Translations under genes and position numbers: made by a program | The notes under the pieces: generated by a model | Databases searched by the model: none | What the model saw: the letters and a program-made list of their open reading frames with translations, nothing else | What the model was told of the DNA's origin: nothing | Source: an uncultured delta proteobacterium | GTDB taxonomy: Bacteria > Desulfobacterota > Desulfuromonadia > Geobacterales > DSM-12255 | Direction: 5' to 3' | Assembly (NCBI GenBank): GCA_963787125.1 | Contig: CAWBBV010000016.1 | Location: forward strand, 96,001-160,000 | Length of the DNA stretch: 64,000 nt | Shown here: piece after piece, positions 39,153 to 49,141 of the stretch | How positions within the stretch are numbered: the first letter of the stretch is position 1 | Layout: each line of letters begins with the position of its first letter

Positions 39153-41158
39153 ACAACTTCACCTTCAAGCGCAAAAGAGAGCAGTTCGGCCCCTTCATTT
39201 ACCAGTTCACCAACCCGGTAATAGATCTCCGCCAGAACTCCGTCTCTCGGTGCAGTGATGGTATGTTCCATCTTCATCGCCTCCATGATAACAAGCGGAG
39301 TACCCTTGGTAACAATAGCGCCGCTTTCGACAAGCACGGCTACTATCTTCCCCGGCATCGGCGCTGTCAGCCTGCCGCCAAGACCATCATCCGCTTCCAG
39401 CGCAGAGAGTGGGTCGTAGAGCGTCAGGCGATGACTCTTGCCGGATTCGATAATGACAATTTCGGCGCCAAAGCAGACGACGGTAACCTTGCAGCGCGCC
39501 CCGCCAAGGTCTGCCAGGATTTCACCCTCACCATTAATAACCCCGCTTACCAGCAAAGCGCCACCTGGCAGCTCAAGCAGATAGGCGGTTGAGCGGTAAT
39601 GAGCCGTAATGCTGACCGCGGCTTCGCCGTCGATAAAGTTAATGACATGGTGATTATCAACATTAAGACGCCAGCCGCCGGTACTGTGCCACGGCGAAAA
39701 TGGATCGGCGCCGTTTCCGGCAACTTTTTTTGCTTCCGCTTCCCGCGTCAGAAGCAGGTAGAGCGCGGCCGAAGCGAGGATCCGGTCTGATGCTGCCTGA
39801 GTTTCCGGGAAAAGCCTCTTTTCGTGTCTGGCGATAAAGCCGGTGTCAAGCTCGGCATTGGCAAAAGCTTCATCAGCGGCAATCATGTTCAGAAATTCGA
39901 TATTGGTGGTGACCCCGACAACCTGATATTCGGCCAGCGCCCCTTTAAGCCGCCTGACTGCCGCCATCCTGTCCTTGTCCCAGACAATCAGCTTGGCAAT
40001 CATCGGATCATAATGGATCGAGACGCTATCCCCCTCCTTGACGCCGGTATCAACCCGGACAAATGGGCTCTCCGCCGGAGTTCTCAGATGGGCGAGTCTG
40101 CCGGTTGCCGGCAGGAAATCTTTGGCAGGGTCTTCAGCATAGATTCTGACTTCAATGGCATGACCAAAGATCTGCAGTTCAGCCTGGCTTTTGGGCAACT
40201 CCCCTCCGGCAGCGACCAGCAGCTGCCACTCCACCAGATCCTGGCCGGTGATCATCTCCGTAACCGGATGCTCCACCTGCAAGCGCGTATTCATCTCCAT
40301 GAAGTAGAATGAGCCATCCTCATCAAGCAGGAATTCGACGGTGCCGGCGCCGACATACCCGATTGCTTTAGCCGCTGCGACAGCCGCTTCACCCATTTGA
40401 CTCCGGAGCTCGGCAGTCATTCCCGGGGCGGGAGCCTCCTCGACAACTTTTTGGTGGCGACGCTGAATTGAACAGTCGCGCTCGAAGAGATGAACCGTAT
40501 TACCGTTAATGTCGGCAAACACCTGAATCTCCACATGCCTGGGACGGGTCAGATACCTCTCCAGCAGCACCTTGTCATCGCCAAAAGAAGAGAGTGCCTC
40601 CCGCTTTGCGCCGCTAAGAGCATCAGCAAAACCGGCAGCATCACCGACAACCCGCATCCCCTTGCCGCCGCCACCGGCGGTAGCCTTGATAAGCAGGGGG
40701 AAGCCGATTTTTTCAGCTTCGGCCGCCAGGAGCAGCGCATCCTGATTATCACCGTGATAACCCGGTACAAGCGGCACCCCGGCTAACTCCATGATCTGTT
40801 TTGCGGCGCTTTTGGACCCCATTGCCTCGATGGCCGCAACCGGCGGGCCGATAAAAGCGATGCCGGCGGCAGCGCACTCCCTGGCGAAAATGGCGTTTTC
40901 CGAAAGAAAGCCATACCCCGGATGAACCGCATTGGCGCCACTTTTTCTGGCCACTTCGAGGATGACGTCACTACAGAGATAACTCTCCCGTGCAGGCGCA
41001 GGGCCGATGCGCCAGGCTTCATCAGCCATAGAGACATGCATGGCGCCTGCATCGGCGTCAGAATAGACGGCAACGGTGCGGATGCCGAGACGCCTGGCGG
41101 TACGAATAACACGGCAGGCAATTTCACCGCGGTTTGCTATCAGGATTTTATCGAACAT
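39149..41158 (-). CDS. liuD: Methylcrotonyl-CoA carboxylase alpha subunit (biotin carboxylase plus BCCP)
   Basis: [30 protein letters not shown]; operon context. Confidence 0.92.
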   Translation of the reverse strand: MFDKILIANRGEIACRVIRTARRLGIRTVAVYSDADAGAMHVSMADEAWRIGPAPARESYLCSDVILEVARKSGANAVHPGYGFLSENAIFARECAAAGIAFIGPPVAAIEAMGSKSAAKQIMELAGVPLVPGYHGDNQDALLLAAEAEKIGFPLLIKATAGGGGKGMRVVGDAAGFADALSGAKREALSSFGDDKVLLERYLTRPRHVEIQVFADINGNTVHLFERDCSIQRRHQKVVEEAPAPGMTAELRSQMGEAAVAAAKAIGYVGAGTVEFLLDEDGSFYFMEMNTRLQVEHPVTEMITGQDLVEWQLLVAAGGELPKSQAELQIFGHAIEVRIYAEDPAKDFLPATGRLAHLRTPAESPFVRVDTGVKEGDSVSIHYDPMIAKLIVWDKDRMAAVRRLKGALAEYQVVGVTTNIEFLNMIAADEAFANAELDTGFIARHEKRLFPETQAASDRILASAALYLLLTREAEAKKVAGNGADPFSPWHSTGGWRLNVDNHHVINFIDGEAAVSITAHYRSTAYLLELPGGALLVSGVINGEGEILADLGGARCKVTVVCFGAEIVIIESGKSHRLTLYDPLSALEADDGLGGRLTAPMPGKIVAVLVESGAIVTKGTPLVIMEAMKMEHTITAPRDGVLAEIYYRVGELVNEGAELLSFALEGEVV

Positions 41159-41179
41159 GGCGGTATCCTTTGTGTGAAC

Positions 41180-41971
41180 TTATTTGCCCCACGCTGGCTC
41201 GCGTTTTTCCAGAAACGCGGTCAGCCCTTCCCGCCCTTCGGCAGAAGCGCGCCGTGCAGCAATCCGACCGGCAGTATCCTCAATGAGCGCGGCAGTGATC
41301 GGCTGGCCGCCAACCGCCCTAAGCAGATCTTTTGCTGCGGCCATTGCCTGGGGCCCGTTTTTGAGCAGCATCTCGGCAATTGTCAGCACGCGCAGCTGTA
41401 GCTCTTCCTCATCTTTGACAACTTCGTGCAACAGACCGAGCCGCTGGGCTTCGCCGGCGGTAAACAGCTCCGCTGTCTGAAAGTAGCGCCGGCAGGCCCG
41501 GGAGCCGATGGCTGCCGTGACATACGGAGAGATGACCGCCGGCATCAAACCGAGCTTCACTTCCGAGAGGCAGAACGTAGCCCGTGCCGTGGCAATGGCA
41601 ATGTCACAGCAGGCCACCAGACCGACCCCGCCGCCGTAGGCAGCCCCCTGTACCAGGGCGATGGTCGGTTTGGAAAGGCTGTCAAGGGTCTGCATCAGTT
41701 CTGCCAGGGCGCGGGCGTCGGCCAGATTCTGCTCCCTGGTATAATCGGCCATGCGCCGCATCCAGTTCAGGTCCGCCCCGGCGGAAAAACTCCTGCCGCT
41801 GCCGGTAAGAATCACGACCTTGACGCGATTATCGCTTCCGATACGTTTGAACACTGCCGTCAATTCAGCAATCAGCAGGTCATCAAAAGCGTTGTGAATC
41901 TCCGGCCGATTGAGGGTTACTGTTGCAATGCCGCGGTTATCTATAGTTGTAAGAATTGTCGATAAACTCAT
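41180..41971 (-). CDS. liuC: Methylglutaconyl-CoA hydratase (crotonase family)
   Basis: FSAGADLNWM, GGGVGL, SEVKLG; lies between the MCC subunits. Confidence 0.88.
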   Translation of the reverse strand: MSLSTILTTIDNRGIATVTLNRPEIHNAFDDLLIAELTAVFKRIGSDNRVKVVILTGSGRSFSAGADLNWMRRMADYTREQNLADARALAELMQTLDSLSKPTIALVQGAAYGGGVGLVACCDIAIATARATFCLSEVKLGLMPAVISPYVTAAIGSRACRRYFQTAELFTAGEAQRLGLLHEVVKDEEELQLRVLTIAEMLLKNGPQAMAAAKDLLRAVGGQPITAALIEDTAGRIAARRASAEGREGLTAFLEKREPAWGK

Positions 41972-42012
41972 AATTAATTTTCCTGTGGCATGTTTATATT
42001 AGCAAAACCTTA

Positions 42013-42132
42013 ATAGAACGCGGATGACGCGGATCTAACGGATTTTCGCGGACTATTCTCTCGGTAGAGTCTGAACCATATTGCTTTAAAAATCCGTGCA
42101 GATCCGCTCTATCCGCGTCATCCGCGTTCTAT
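42013..42132. repeat. Palindrome of tandem CGGAT/ATCCG units (copy 2)
   Basis: ATAGAACGCGGATGACGCGGAT...ATCCGCGTCATCCGCGTTCTAT. Confidence 0.85.
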
Positions 42133-42141
42133 GTCCATTCC

Positions 42142-43749
42142 CTACATCCGGAAAATCCCGAATTCCGTTTTCTCTTTCGGCGCATTCATCGACGCCGAGA
42201 TTGCCAGCCCCAGAACCATGCGGGTGTCAGCCGGATCGATAATGCCGTCGTCCCAGAGCCGCGCCGAGGCATAGTAGGGGTGCCCCTGGAGTTCGTACTG
42301 ATCACTGATCGGCGTCTTGAAGGCGAGCTCGTCCTCTTTGCTCCAGCTTTTCCCCTGCAGCTCAAGGCCGTCGCGCTTCACCTGGGCAAGAACACTGGCG
42401 GCCTGCTCCCCCCCCATAACCGAAATCCGGGCATTCGGCCACATCCACAAGAAGCGGGGTGAATAGGCCCGGCCGCACATGCCGTAATTACCGGCGCCGA
42501 AACTGCCCCCGATCAGGACCGTGAATTTGGGGACTGCGGCGCAGGCAACTGCGGTGACCATCTTGGCGCCATCCCTGGCGATACCTCCGGCTTCGTATTT
42601 ACTCCCGACCATGAAGCCGGAGATGTTCTGCAGGAAAATCAGCGGAATCCCCCGCTGGCTGCAAAGCTCGATGAAATGGGTCCCTTTCAGGGCCGACTCG
42701 GAGAAGAGAATACCGTTATTGGCGACAATGCCGACCGGATACCCCCAGATATGGGCGAACGCGCAGACCAGAGTCGTGCCGTAGAGCTGCTTGAACTCGT
42801 CGAACTCCGAACCGTCCACAATTCTGGCAATGATTTCACGGACATCGTACGGTTTTTTTGTATCGGTGGGGATGATCCCATAAAGCTCAGAGGGGTCATA
42901 GGCCGGCTCCAGCGGCTCTTTCAGCGCTAATGTCGGGATCTTGGTGCGGTTCAGATTGCCGACTATCCGGCGGGCAATGGCCAGCGCATGACTGTCATCA
43001 GCGGCATAGTGGTCGGTGACTCCGGAGGTACGGCAGTGGACATCTGCTCCGCCCAAATCCTCGGCACTGACAACCTCGCCGGTGGCAGCCTTGACCAGCG
43101 GCGGCCCGGCCAGAAAGATGGTCCCCTGATTGCGGACAATGATGCTTTCATCCGACATGGCCGGAACATAAGCACCGCCAGCCGTGCAGGAGCCCATGAC
43201 AACGGCGACCTGCGGTATTCCCATGCCGGACATGGTGGCCTGATTGAAGAAAATTCTGCCGAAATGGTCACGATCCGGAAATACTTCATCCTGCCTGGGG
43301 AGAAAAGCCCCGCCGGAATCGACCAGGTAGATGCAGGGGAGCCGGTTCTCACGGGCGATCTCCTGAGCACGCAGGTGCTTTTTGACGGTCACCGGATAAT
43401 AGGTCCCGCCTTTGACAGTGGCATCATTAGCCACGATCATGCACTCCACCCCCCGCACCCTGCCAATGCCGGTGATTATCCCGGCGGCAGGCACATCATC
43501 GCCGTACAGGTTCCAGGCGGCGAACTGGGAAAGCTCAAGAAAAGGGGAGCCGACATCCAGGAGCTGCCTGATCCGCTCTCGCGGCAGGAGCTTGCCCCGC
43601 TCGATATGCTTCTTTCTGGCTTTTTCATCGCCACCCTGAGTTATTACCGCCGCCTTTTCCCGCAGATCTGCAACCAGGGCGGTCATGACTTCAGCATTGC
43701 GCTTGAACTCTGCAGAAGCGCTGTTTATGGTCGTTTTGTATGTGGGCAT
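42142..43749 (-). CDS. liuB: Methylcrotonyl-CoA carboxylase beta subunit
   Basis: [29 protein letters not shown]; start MPTYK preferred. Confidence 0.93.
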   Translation of the reverse strand: MPTYKTTINSASAEFKRNAEVMTALVADLREKAAVITQGGDEKARKKHIERGKLLPRERIRQLLDVGSPFLELSQFAAWNLYGDDVPAAGIITGIGRVRGVECMIVANDATVKGGTYYPVTVKKHLRAQEIARENRLPCIYLVDSGGAFLPRQDEVFPDRDHFGRIFFNQATMSGMGIPQVAVVMGSCTAGGAYVPAMSDESIIVRNQGTIFLAGPPLVKAATGEVVSAEDLGGADVHCRTSGVTDHYAADDSHALAIARRIVGNLNRTKIPTLALKEPLEPAYDPSELYGIIPTDTKKPYDVREIIARIVDGSEFDEFKQLYGTTLVCAFAHIWGYPVGIVANNGILFSESALKGTHFIELCSQRGIPLIFLQNISGFMVGSKYEAGGIARDGAKMVTAVACAAVPKFTVLIGGSFGAGNYGMCGRAYSPRFLWMWPNARISVMGGEQAASVLAQVKRDGLELQGKSWSKEDELAFKTPISDQYELQGHPYYASARLWDDGIIDPADTRMVLGLAISASMNAPKEKTEFGIFRM

Positions 43750-43767
43750 CGGTATTCCTTCAGGAAA

Positions 43768-43818
43768 AGGTAGAGGTAGAGGCAAAAAACTTCTTTACCT
43801 TTTCCTTTACCTCTACCT
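43768..43818. repeat. Palindrome of hexamer repeats (AGGTAG/CTACCT)
   Basis: AGGTAGAGGTAGAGG...CCTTTACCTCTACCT between liuA and liuB. Confidence 0.7.
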
Positions 43819-43823
43819 GCCTT

Positions 43824-44990
43824 TCACATGGTTTCATTAAACAGCTCGCGACCTATCAGCATCCGCCTGATCTCGCTGGTTCCCGCACCTATCTCGTAAA
43901 GTTTGGCATCCCGAAGTAGCCGCCCGGTCGAACATTCATTAACATAACCGCTGCCGCCAAGACACTGAATCGCCTCCAGCGCCATCCAGGTCGCCTTTTC
44001 CGCAGCGTAGAGAATTGCGCCGGCAGCGTCCTTGCGCAGGCTGTTCTTGCGGCTGCACGCTTTGGCGACCGCGTAGACATAGGCACGACAGGCGTTCATG
44101 GTGCTGTACATATCGGCCAGTTTCCCCTGCATCAACTGGAATTCACCGATGGAACGACCAAACTGTTTCCGTTCATGAATATAGGGGAGCACCACATCCA
44201 TGCAGGCCTGCATGATCCCCAGGGGGCCACCGGCCAAAACTGCCCGTTCAAAGTCAAGGCCGCTCATCAACACTTTTACCCCTTCCCCGACCTCGCCGAC
44301 CACATTCTCTTCCGGCACTTCGCACTGGTCGAAAATCAGTTCGCAGGTGTCGGAGCCGCGCATCCCGAGTTTATCCAGCTTCTGGGCGGTGGAGAAACCG
44401 GGAAATTCTTTCTCCACCAGAAAGGCCGTAATCCCTTTGGAACCGGCATTCGGATCGGTTTTGGCGTAGACCAGCAGGACCGAGGCGTGGGGGCCGTTGG
44501 TAATCCACATCTTTGTCCCGCTAAGGATATAGCGATCACCGCGCTTTTCCGCCCGCAGCCTCATACTGACAACATCTGACCCGGAACCGGCCTCGCTCAT
44601 GGCCAGCGCCCCTACATGCTCGCCGCTGACAAGCTTGGGCAGATAGCGACTTTTCTGGTCGTCATTACCGTTCTTGAAGATCTGGTTGATACAGAGATTG
44701 GAGTGAGCGCCGTATGAAAGGCCGACAGAAGCGGATGCCCGGCTGATCTCCTCCATAGCGACAACATGCTCGATGTAACTCATGCCGGCCCCGCCATACT
44801 CCTCCGAAACCGTGATGCCGTGCAGACCGAGCTCTCCCATTTTCGGCCAGAGGTCGATGGGAAAGCGGTTTGCCTGGTCAATCTCCACCGCGCGCGGCGC
44901 TATCTCCCTGTCAGCAAAATCCCTGACCGTTTCCCGCAACAGATCAACTGTTTCTCCAAGCTCGAAATTAAGTGTCGGGTACGCTCTCAT
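43824..44990 (-). CDS. liuA: Isovaleryl-CoA dehydrogenase
   Basis: [32 protein letters not shown]. Confidence 0.95.
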   Translation of the reverse strand: MRAYPTLNFELGETVDLLRETVRDFADREIAPRAVEIDQANRFPIDLWPKMGELGLHGITVSEEYGGAGMSYIEHVVAMEEISRASASVGLSYGAHSNLCINQIFKNGNDDQKSRYLPKLVSGEHVGALAMSEAGSGSDVVSMRLRAEKRGDRYILSGTKMWITNGPHASVLLVYAKTDPNAGSKGITAFLVEKEFPGFSTAQKLDKLGMRGSDTCELIFDQCEVPEENVVGEVGEGVKVLMSGLDFERAVLAGGPLGIMQACMDVVLPYIHERKQFGRSIGEFQLMQGKLADMYSTMNACRAYVYAVAKACSRKNSLRKDAAGAILYAAEKATWMALEAIQCLGGSGYVNECSTGRLLRDAKLYEIGAGTSEIRRMLIGRELFNETM

Positions 44991-45007
44991 AGATATTCCT
45001 CCATTTC

Positions 45008-45820
45008 CTACTCGCCGCTATAAAGGCCTTTGCGCTTTTCAAGAAAGGCGTTTACTGCCTCGGCATGATCCACGGTATGATGACAAACCGCCTGAAAGTT
45101 AGACGATATATCGAGGAAATCGGCAAGATCCGAGCGCTGGGCAAGCTTCAGCAAACGCTTGGTAAGGCGCAGTGCGCTTGGCGGTTTGGCGGCAATCTCC
45201 GTTGCAAGAGCAGTTGCGGCTTCAAGCAGCTTTTCATGGGGGACGACTTCCAGAAAAATGCCCAGCCTGAGCGCTTCGTCCGCCTTTACCAGCCGACCGG
45301 TAAAGGCGAGCTCGGCCGCCCTCTGATAGCCGATCAAACGCTGCAAAAACCAGGCGCCGCCGTCACCGGGGATAATCCCCAGGTTGATGAAGGTCTCCCC
45401 CAGCAGCGCTTTTTCAGAGCCGATGCGCAGATCACACATACTGGCAAGGTCGAAACCGGCGCCGATCGCCGCGCCGTTTACTGCGGCAATAATTGGATAA
45501 TCAGCCCTGCTGATAGCCAGGGGCATCTGCTGGATCCCCCGGCGGTAGCGCTCCTGAATCGCCACCGGACTCCCGGCAAACGTCCCGCTTTTCTCCTGCA
45601 TCTCCTTGACATTGCCCCCGGAAGAGAAAGCCGCACCGGCGCCGGTAAGGATGAGAACACTGACGGCGCTACTGGCGTTGCACCACTCAACAACGCTGAC
45701 GATATCATCCACAAGAGCTGTTCCGGTCAGCGCATTACGGACGTCATCACGATTAAAGGTGAGGATGGCGACTCTCTCTTTCAGCTCAAAAATGGAGTCA
45801 GTAACTTGGGGAAGATTCAT
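45008..45820 (-). CDS. Enoyl-CoA hydratase/isomerase family protein
   Basis: [23 protein letters not shown]. Confidence 0.88.
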   Translation of the reverse strand: MNLPQVTDSIFELKERVAILTFNRDDVRNALTGTALVDDIVSVVEWCNASSAVSVLILTGAGAAFSSGGNVKEMQEKSGTFAGSPVAIQERYRRGIQQMPLAISRADYPIIAAVNGAAIGAGFDLASMCDLRIGSEKALLGETFINLGIIPGDGGAWFLQRLIGYQRAAELAFTGRLVKADEALRLGIFLEVVPHEKLLEAATALATEIAAKPPSALRLTKRLLKLAQRSDLADFLDISSNFQAVCHHTVDHAEAVNAFLEKRKGLYSGE

Positions 45821-45864
45821 GATTGATCCTTTCGCTAAACTTATGTTTCACAATAATAAACCAG

Positions 45865-45880
45865 TTTACGTACAAGTCAA
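45865..45880 (-). promoter_or_regulatory. LiuR-like (MerR-family) operator overlapping the -35 of the liu operon
   Basis: TTGACTTGTACGTAAA resembles the LiuR palindrome TTTACGTwwACGTAAA. Confidence 0.6.
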
Positions 45881-46163
45881 CTTATTTATAACACTATTAT
45901 ACTAACACGGGATTAATTTTCACAAAGCATCTTTTCGGACACTTCCAGAAAGAATGCCTGTCAAGATAACACCCAAAACACTGGGAACGCCACGGGGTCA
46001 CGCCGGAATGTTGTTTCAGGAACACGCTGTTTTAGCCATAAGCCACAAAATATACTGACGGCTTATTTGCCTCACGACCACCAGTACTCATTTGACTTGC
46101 ATACGCGGTAACATTATGAGAAAACAACGGCTATTTTATTACATGAAACATTGGGAGAACATT

Positions 46164-47171
46164 ATGGATGGAATAAAAAGAATTCTGACCCTGCTCTTTG
46201 CCCTCGTGGCATTAATGAGCGGAACTGCTGCGGCTGAATCACCACAGTATTTCAACCTCTCCGGCGACCCGGCAAAACTTGTTGACCAATATTTGACCGT
46301 AAAAAAAGCTGACAAACTGAAAGGCGTCAAAAAGGTCGTTATTCCCCAGTTTATGGTGCAATTTTACACCATGAACTCTGGCGCTGCCTCCGCGTCCAAC
46401 GCTTCGAAAAACTCATCAGCGCTATCGGTAAGCTATACCCTGAAAAATGTCGAGCAGGCGCAGATGCAGGCTATTACCGACAAACTCTATGATCAGGTTG
46501 TAGCCGAATTCAAAAAGGCCGGGATCGAAGTAATTCCGGTTGAAGCGTACAAGCAGGACAAACCTTTCCAGAAACTTCTTGCCGACGCCAAAAAGACTCC
46601 TTTCGAGTCCAGCAAGTCTGACAGCATCTCATATTTTTTCGGCGCCAAAGGGTTGCCGGTCTACTTCGAAATGAACGATAAGCGTCTCCCTTTGGGCAAC
46701 ATGTTCGCCGCGCAGTTTTCCAATTTTGATCCGGAAAAGTGGGAAGAGCGGATCGGAGAGGATAAAGACGCCGCTGCTGTAATTATAAATTATGCGGTAA
46801 CGTTTGCTTTCATGGAAACAAAGGGCGGGTTTTGGGGGAAATCTGCCGAAGTTAATACCCAGCTGCTCGTCACGCTGATTCCCGAAGACACGAAATACAT
46901 CATCCGCAGCAAAAACGGCACAACCCGCTTTACGCTGAAGGAAGCCGTGTATGCTGATGGCAAGTTCTTTACGGATGTTACTGATGCCCTTCGTACTGAC
47001 GAAAAAGCAGCGAACGCTATCGGCGGCTTCCTGGGGGCATTAACCGGAACGAAGTCCAATACCAAAAAGTTCAACGCAAATGCTGACACGGCGACCTATG
47101 CCTCTTTGGTTGAAAAACATATTATGGCTATCGACTCCCTGATATTTTCACAAATGAAGGCGAACTTTTAG
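46164..47171 (+). CDS. Secreted hypothetical protein
   Basis: GGAG RBS; signal peptide ending TAAA-E; 335 aa. Confidence 0.8.
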   Translation: MDGIKRILTLLFALVALMSGTAAAESPQYFNLSGDPAKLVDQYLTVKKADKLKGVKKVVIPQFMVQFYTMNSGAASASNASKNSSALSVSYTLKNVEQAQMQAITDKLYDQVVAEFKKAGIEVIPVEAYKQDKPFQKLLADAKKTPFESSKSDSISYFFGAKGLPVYFEMNDKRLPLGNMFAAQFSNFDPEKWEERIGEDKDAAAVIINYAVTFAFMETKGGFWGKSAEVNTQLLVTLIPEDTKYIIRSKNGTTRFTLKEAVYADGKFFTDVTDALRTDEKAANAIGGFLGALTGTKSNTKKFNANADTATYASLVEKHIMAIDSLIFSQMKANF

Positions 47172-47230
47172 TAAGTTGCAAGTTATCACGGTTACCAGGA
47201 ACATTCCTTCGTAACGCTCAAAGCAAGATC

Positions 47231-47266
47231 AAAAAGAGGGCCGGTGCTGAACCGGCCCTCTTTTTT
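47231..47266. terminator. Bidirectional intrinsic terminator
   Basis: AAAAAGAGGGCCGGT...ACCGGCCCTCTTTTTT. Confidence 0.88.
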
Positions 47267-47303
47267 GATGGTTATAATAGTAAAAAGTTCTGTCAGGGCA
47301 CCA

Positions 47304-48158
47304 TCACCTGTGCATAAAAGTGTTAACATCAGCCGGTCTGCCGACCATCCGGTAGATCTTGATGTCTTCCCACGGCTCATCAAGAATTGCGTTAAGAGAC
47401 AGCTCCTCCCACGGTTCATCAAGAATGCCGTCGTGAATCGCCCAGCTCCTGCCATGAACCGTCCGTTCCATTCCCGGCTGACGAAAAGGTGTCGAGCCGT
47501 CCATCTTTTTGAATAGTATCCCGCCGGGACGAAATTCCCGATCAATCTCCAGCATCATCCTCCGGCCGCTTAAGTAATCAAAGCCGTACCCTTCATAGCG
47601 CACGGCATTGTCGTAGGTGAGCGGCTCGGCGGTTATCATCTCCATGCCGAGGGAATCGACGAAGCGCTCAAACGTGTGGAAAAACTCACCGAACAGCCGC
47701 AACCCCCGACTGGTCTGGTTGGGATAGAGTCCGGCGCGCATCGCCAGTATCTCAGCCGGAATATTGCGGCCCAGGGTGCAGAAACAGTTATCGTTGCCGC
47801 GTTCGTCCAGATCGACGTCAAATCTTGGGGCATGGGGGTCGTTGATAATGCAGAGGGAGAGTTCCATCTGACTGTAATGGGTTTCGGCAATATCGAGGAA
47901 AAAGACTGTGCGGCGGTCAAGAGGATCGTCCCGCACCTCAATCCTGGCGAGACTCATCCCCTCCGGCGCAATTATCTTCACCCTGCCGACTACATCCCCT
48001 GTCGGAGGGATCTCAAGGAGCTGCAGCAGGCGCAAGGGGATAAGGCGCCGATAAATATCGTCCTTTTCTCCGGCAGAAAGGGCGTTGATATGGGTCAGCG
48101 CGGAGAGCTGGCACCCTCCGGCTGAAGTTAGCGGTCTGTTGTCAGGCAGTCTCGGCAT
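47304..48158 (-). CDS. Hypothetical protein (possibly GNAT-like C-terminal half)
   Basis: 284-aa ORF co-oriented with the actP cluster; internal ILDEPWE duplication. Confidence 0.7.
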   Translation of the reverse strand: MPRLPDNRPLTSAGGCQLSALTHINALSAGEKDDIYRRLIPLRLLQLLEIPPTGDVVGRVKIIAPEGMSLARIEVRDDPLDRRTVFFLDIAETHYSQMELSLCIINDPHAPRFDVDLDERGNDNCFCTLGRNIPAEILAMRAGLYPNQTSRGLRLFGEFFHTFERFVDSLGMEMITAEPLTYDNAVRYEGYGFDYLSGRRMMLEIDREFRPGGILFKKMDGSTPFRQPGMERTVHGRSWAIHDGILDEPWEELSLNAILDEPWEDIKIYRMVGRPADVNTFMHR

Positions 48159-48231
48159 GGATTAATCGTACCATGAAAACCGGGGAGTGAAAAATATTTC
48201 GGTATTATCAAAACAGAGTAACAAACCATTT

Positions 48232-48324
48232 GCCACGGATGTCACGGATTTTCACGGATAACACCTCAAAACATAATGCAATTACGATTGCTTCTCATCC
48301 GTGTTAATCCGTGTAATCCGTGGC
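48232..48324. repeat. Palindrome of tandem CACGGAT/ATCCGTG units (copy 3)
   Basis: GCCACGGATGTCACGGATTTTCACGGAT...ATCCGTGTTAATCCGTGTAATCCGTGGC. Confidence 0.85.
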
Positions 48325-48345
48325 TAAAGGTCTTTATATCCACAG

Positions 48346-48885
48346 CTACTCTTCAACTGTAAACTCCCAGGCGCACCAGTATACATCCGGGTGCCTGTCA
48401 GGCGGGCAGGCAAGGCATTTTGTGGTTATCCGTGGATCAACAGCCCTGGCAAATTCCGAATATTCCACAATGCCGACACTCTTGCAGGGGAAATCGTCCA
48501 GGCCTTTGCGCTTGCGGGCGGACTGGACACGGCAGTCGAGCATTCTGAAAACAACCCGTTTTTCGCTCTGCTCAACAACATCCTGCAGGTTGAGCCGTGC
48601 ATAAAGCCGGTGTTTGAGGCATTCCACCAGGGCCGGGATACCGCCGCCCGGTTTGATTTTAAGCCGCTCCATGATCCGCTTGGCCTCAATGACAGTAAAA
48701 TAACGCCACGCTTCACGATCGGCATCCATCGCTACATCCATGCCGTACATCTTCTCAACCGCCTGAAACCAGAGGCCGTCATGGGCAAGCCAGTTTTTGG
48801 CATCATCCACAATGACCGCTATCAGCTCTTCTTTACTCATACTCTCCAGAACCCGGAGACCTTCATCACCTTTTTGTCCTGACAT
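48346..48885 (-). CDS. Conserved cytosolic protein (DUF6125-like) with Cys motifs
   Basis: WLAHDGLWFQ...CRVQ..R...FPC...CLACPPD...WCAWEF. Confidence 0.75.
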   Translation of the reverse strand: MSGQKGDEGLRVLESMSKEELIAVIVDDAKNWLAHDGLWFQAVEKMYGMDVAMDADREAWRYFTVIEAKRIMERLKIKPGGGIPALVECLKHRLYARLNLQDVVEQSEKRVVFRMLDCRVQSARKRKGLDDFPCKSVGIVEYSEFARAVDPRITTKCLACPPDRHPDVYWCAWEFTVEE

Positions 48886-48916
48886 GCTTTATACCTCCTT
48901 AAACCAAAAACGGCAG

Positions 48917-49052
48917 TTGACCGCAGATAAAGGCCGATAACTGCGGATAAGACCTGAAAAATTCCAAAGATGGCTTTCACTAATACGGTTAAGTGATTTT
49001 TGCTTTTATGTTCTTGATTTATCCGTGTCCATCTGTGTGCATCCGTGGCTAA
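48917..49052. repeat. Degenerate palindrome of CGGAT/ATCCG units (copy 4)
   Basis: CCGCAGATAAAGGCCGATAACTGCGGATAA...TTATCCGTGTCCATCTGTGTGCATCCGTGGCTAA. Confidence 0.7.
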
Positions 49053-49141
49053 ATGCTTTTTTTAAGGTTAAATGGTCACCCTCTGCGGCGTCCCGCAGAG
49101 AGTGATATTCACACGGGAGAATATCCCCATGGCAGACATAA

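Noticed and set aside
47393..47402. 10-nt match (CTGTCTCTTA, minus strand) to the Tn5 mosaic end inside the 39-bp duplication
   Set aside because: Too short, the rest of the mosaic end is absent, and the flanking repeats differ by one base; probably chance.
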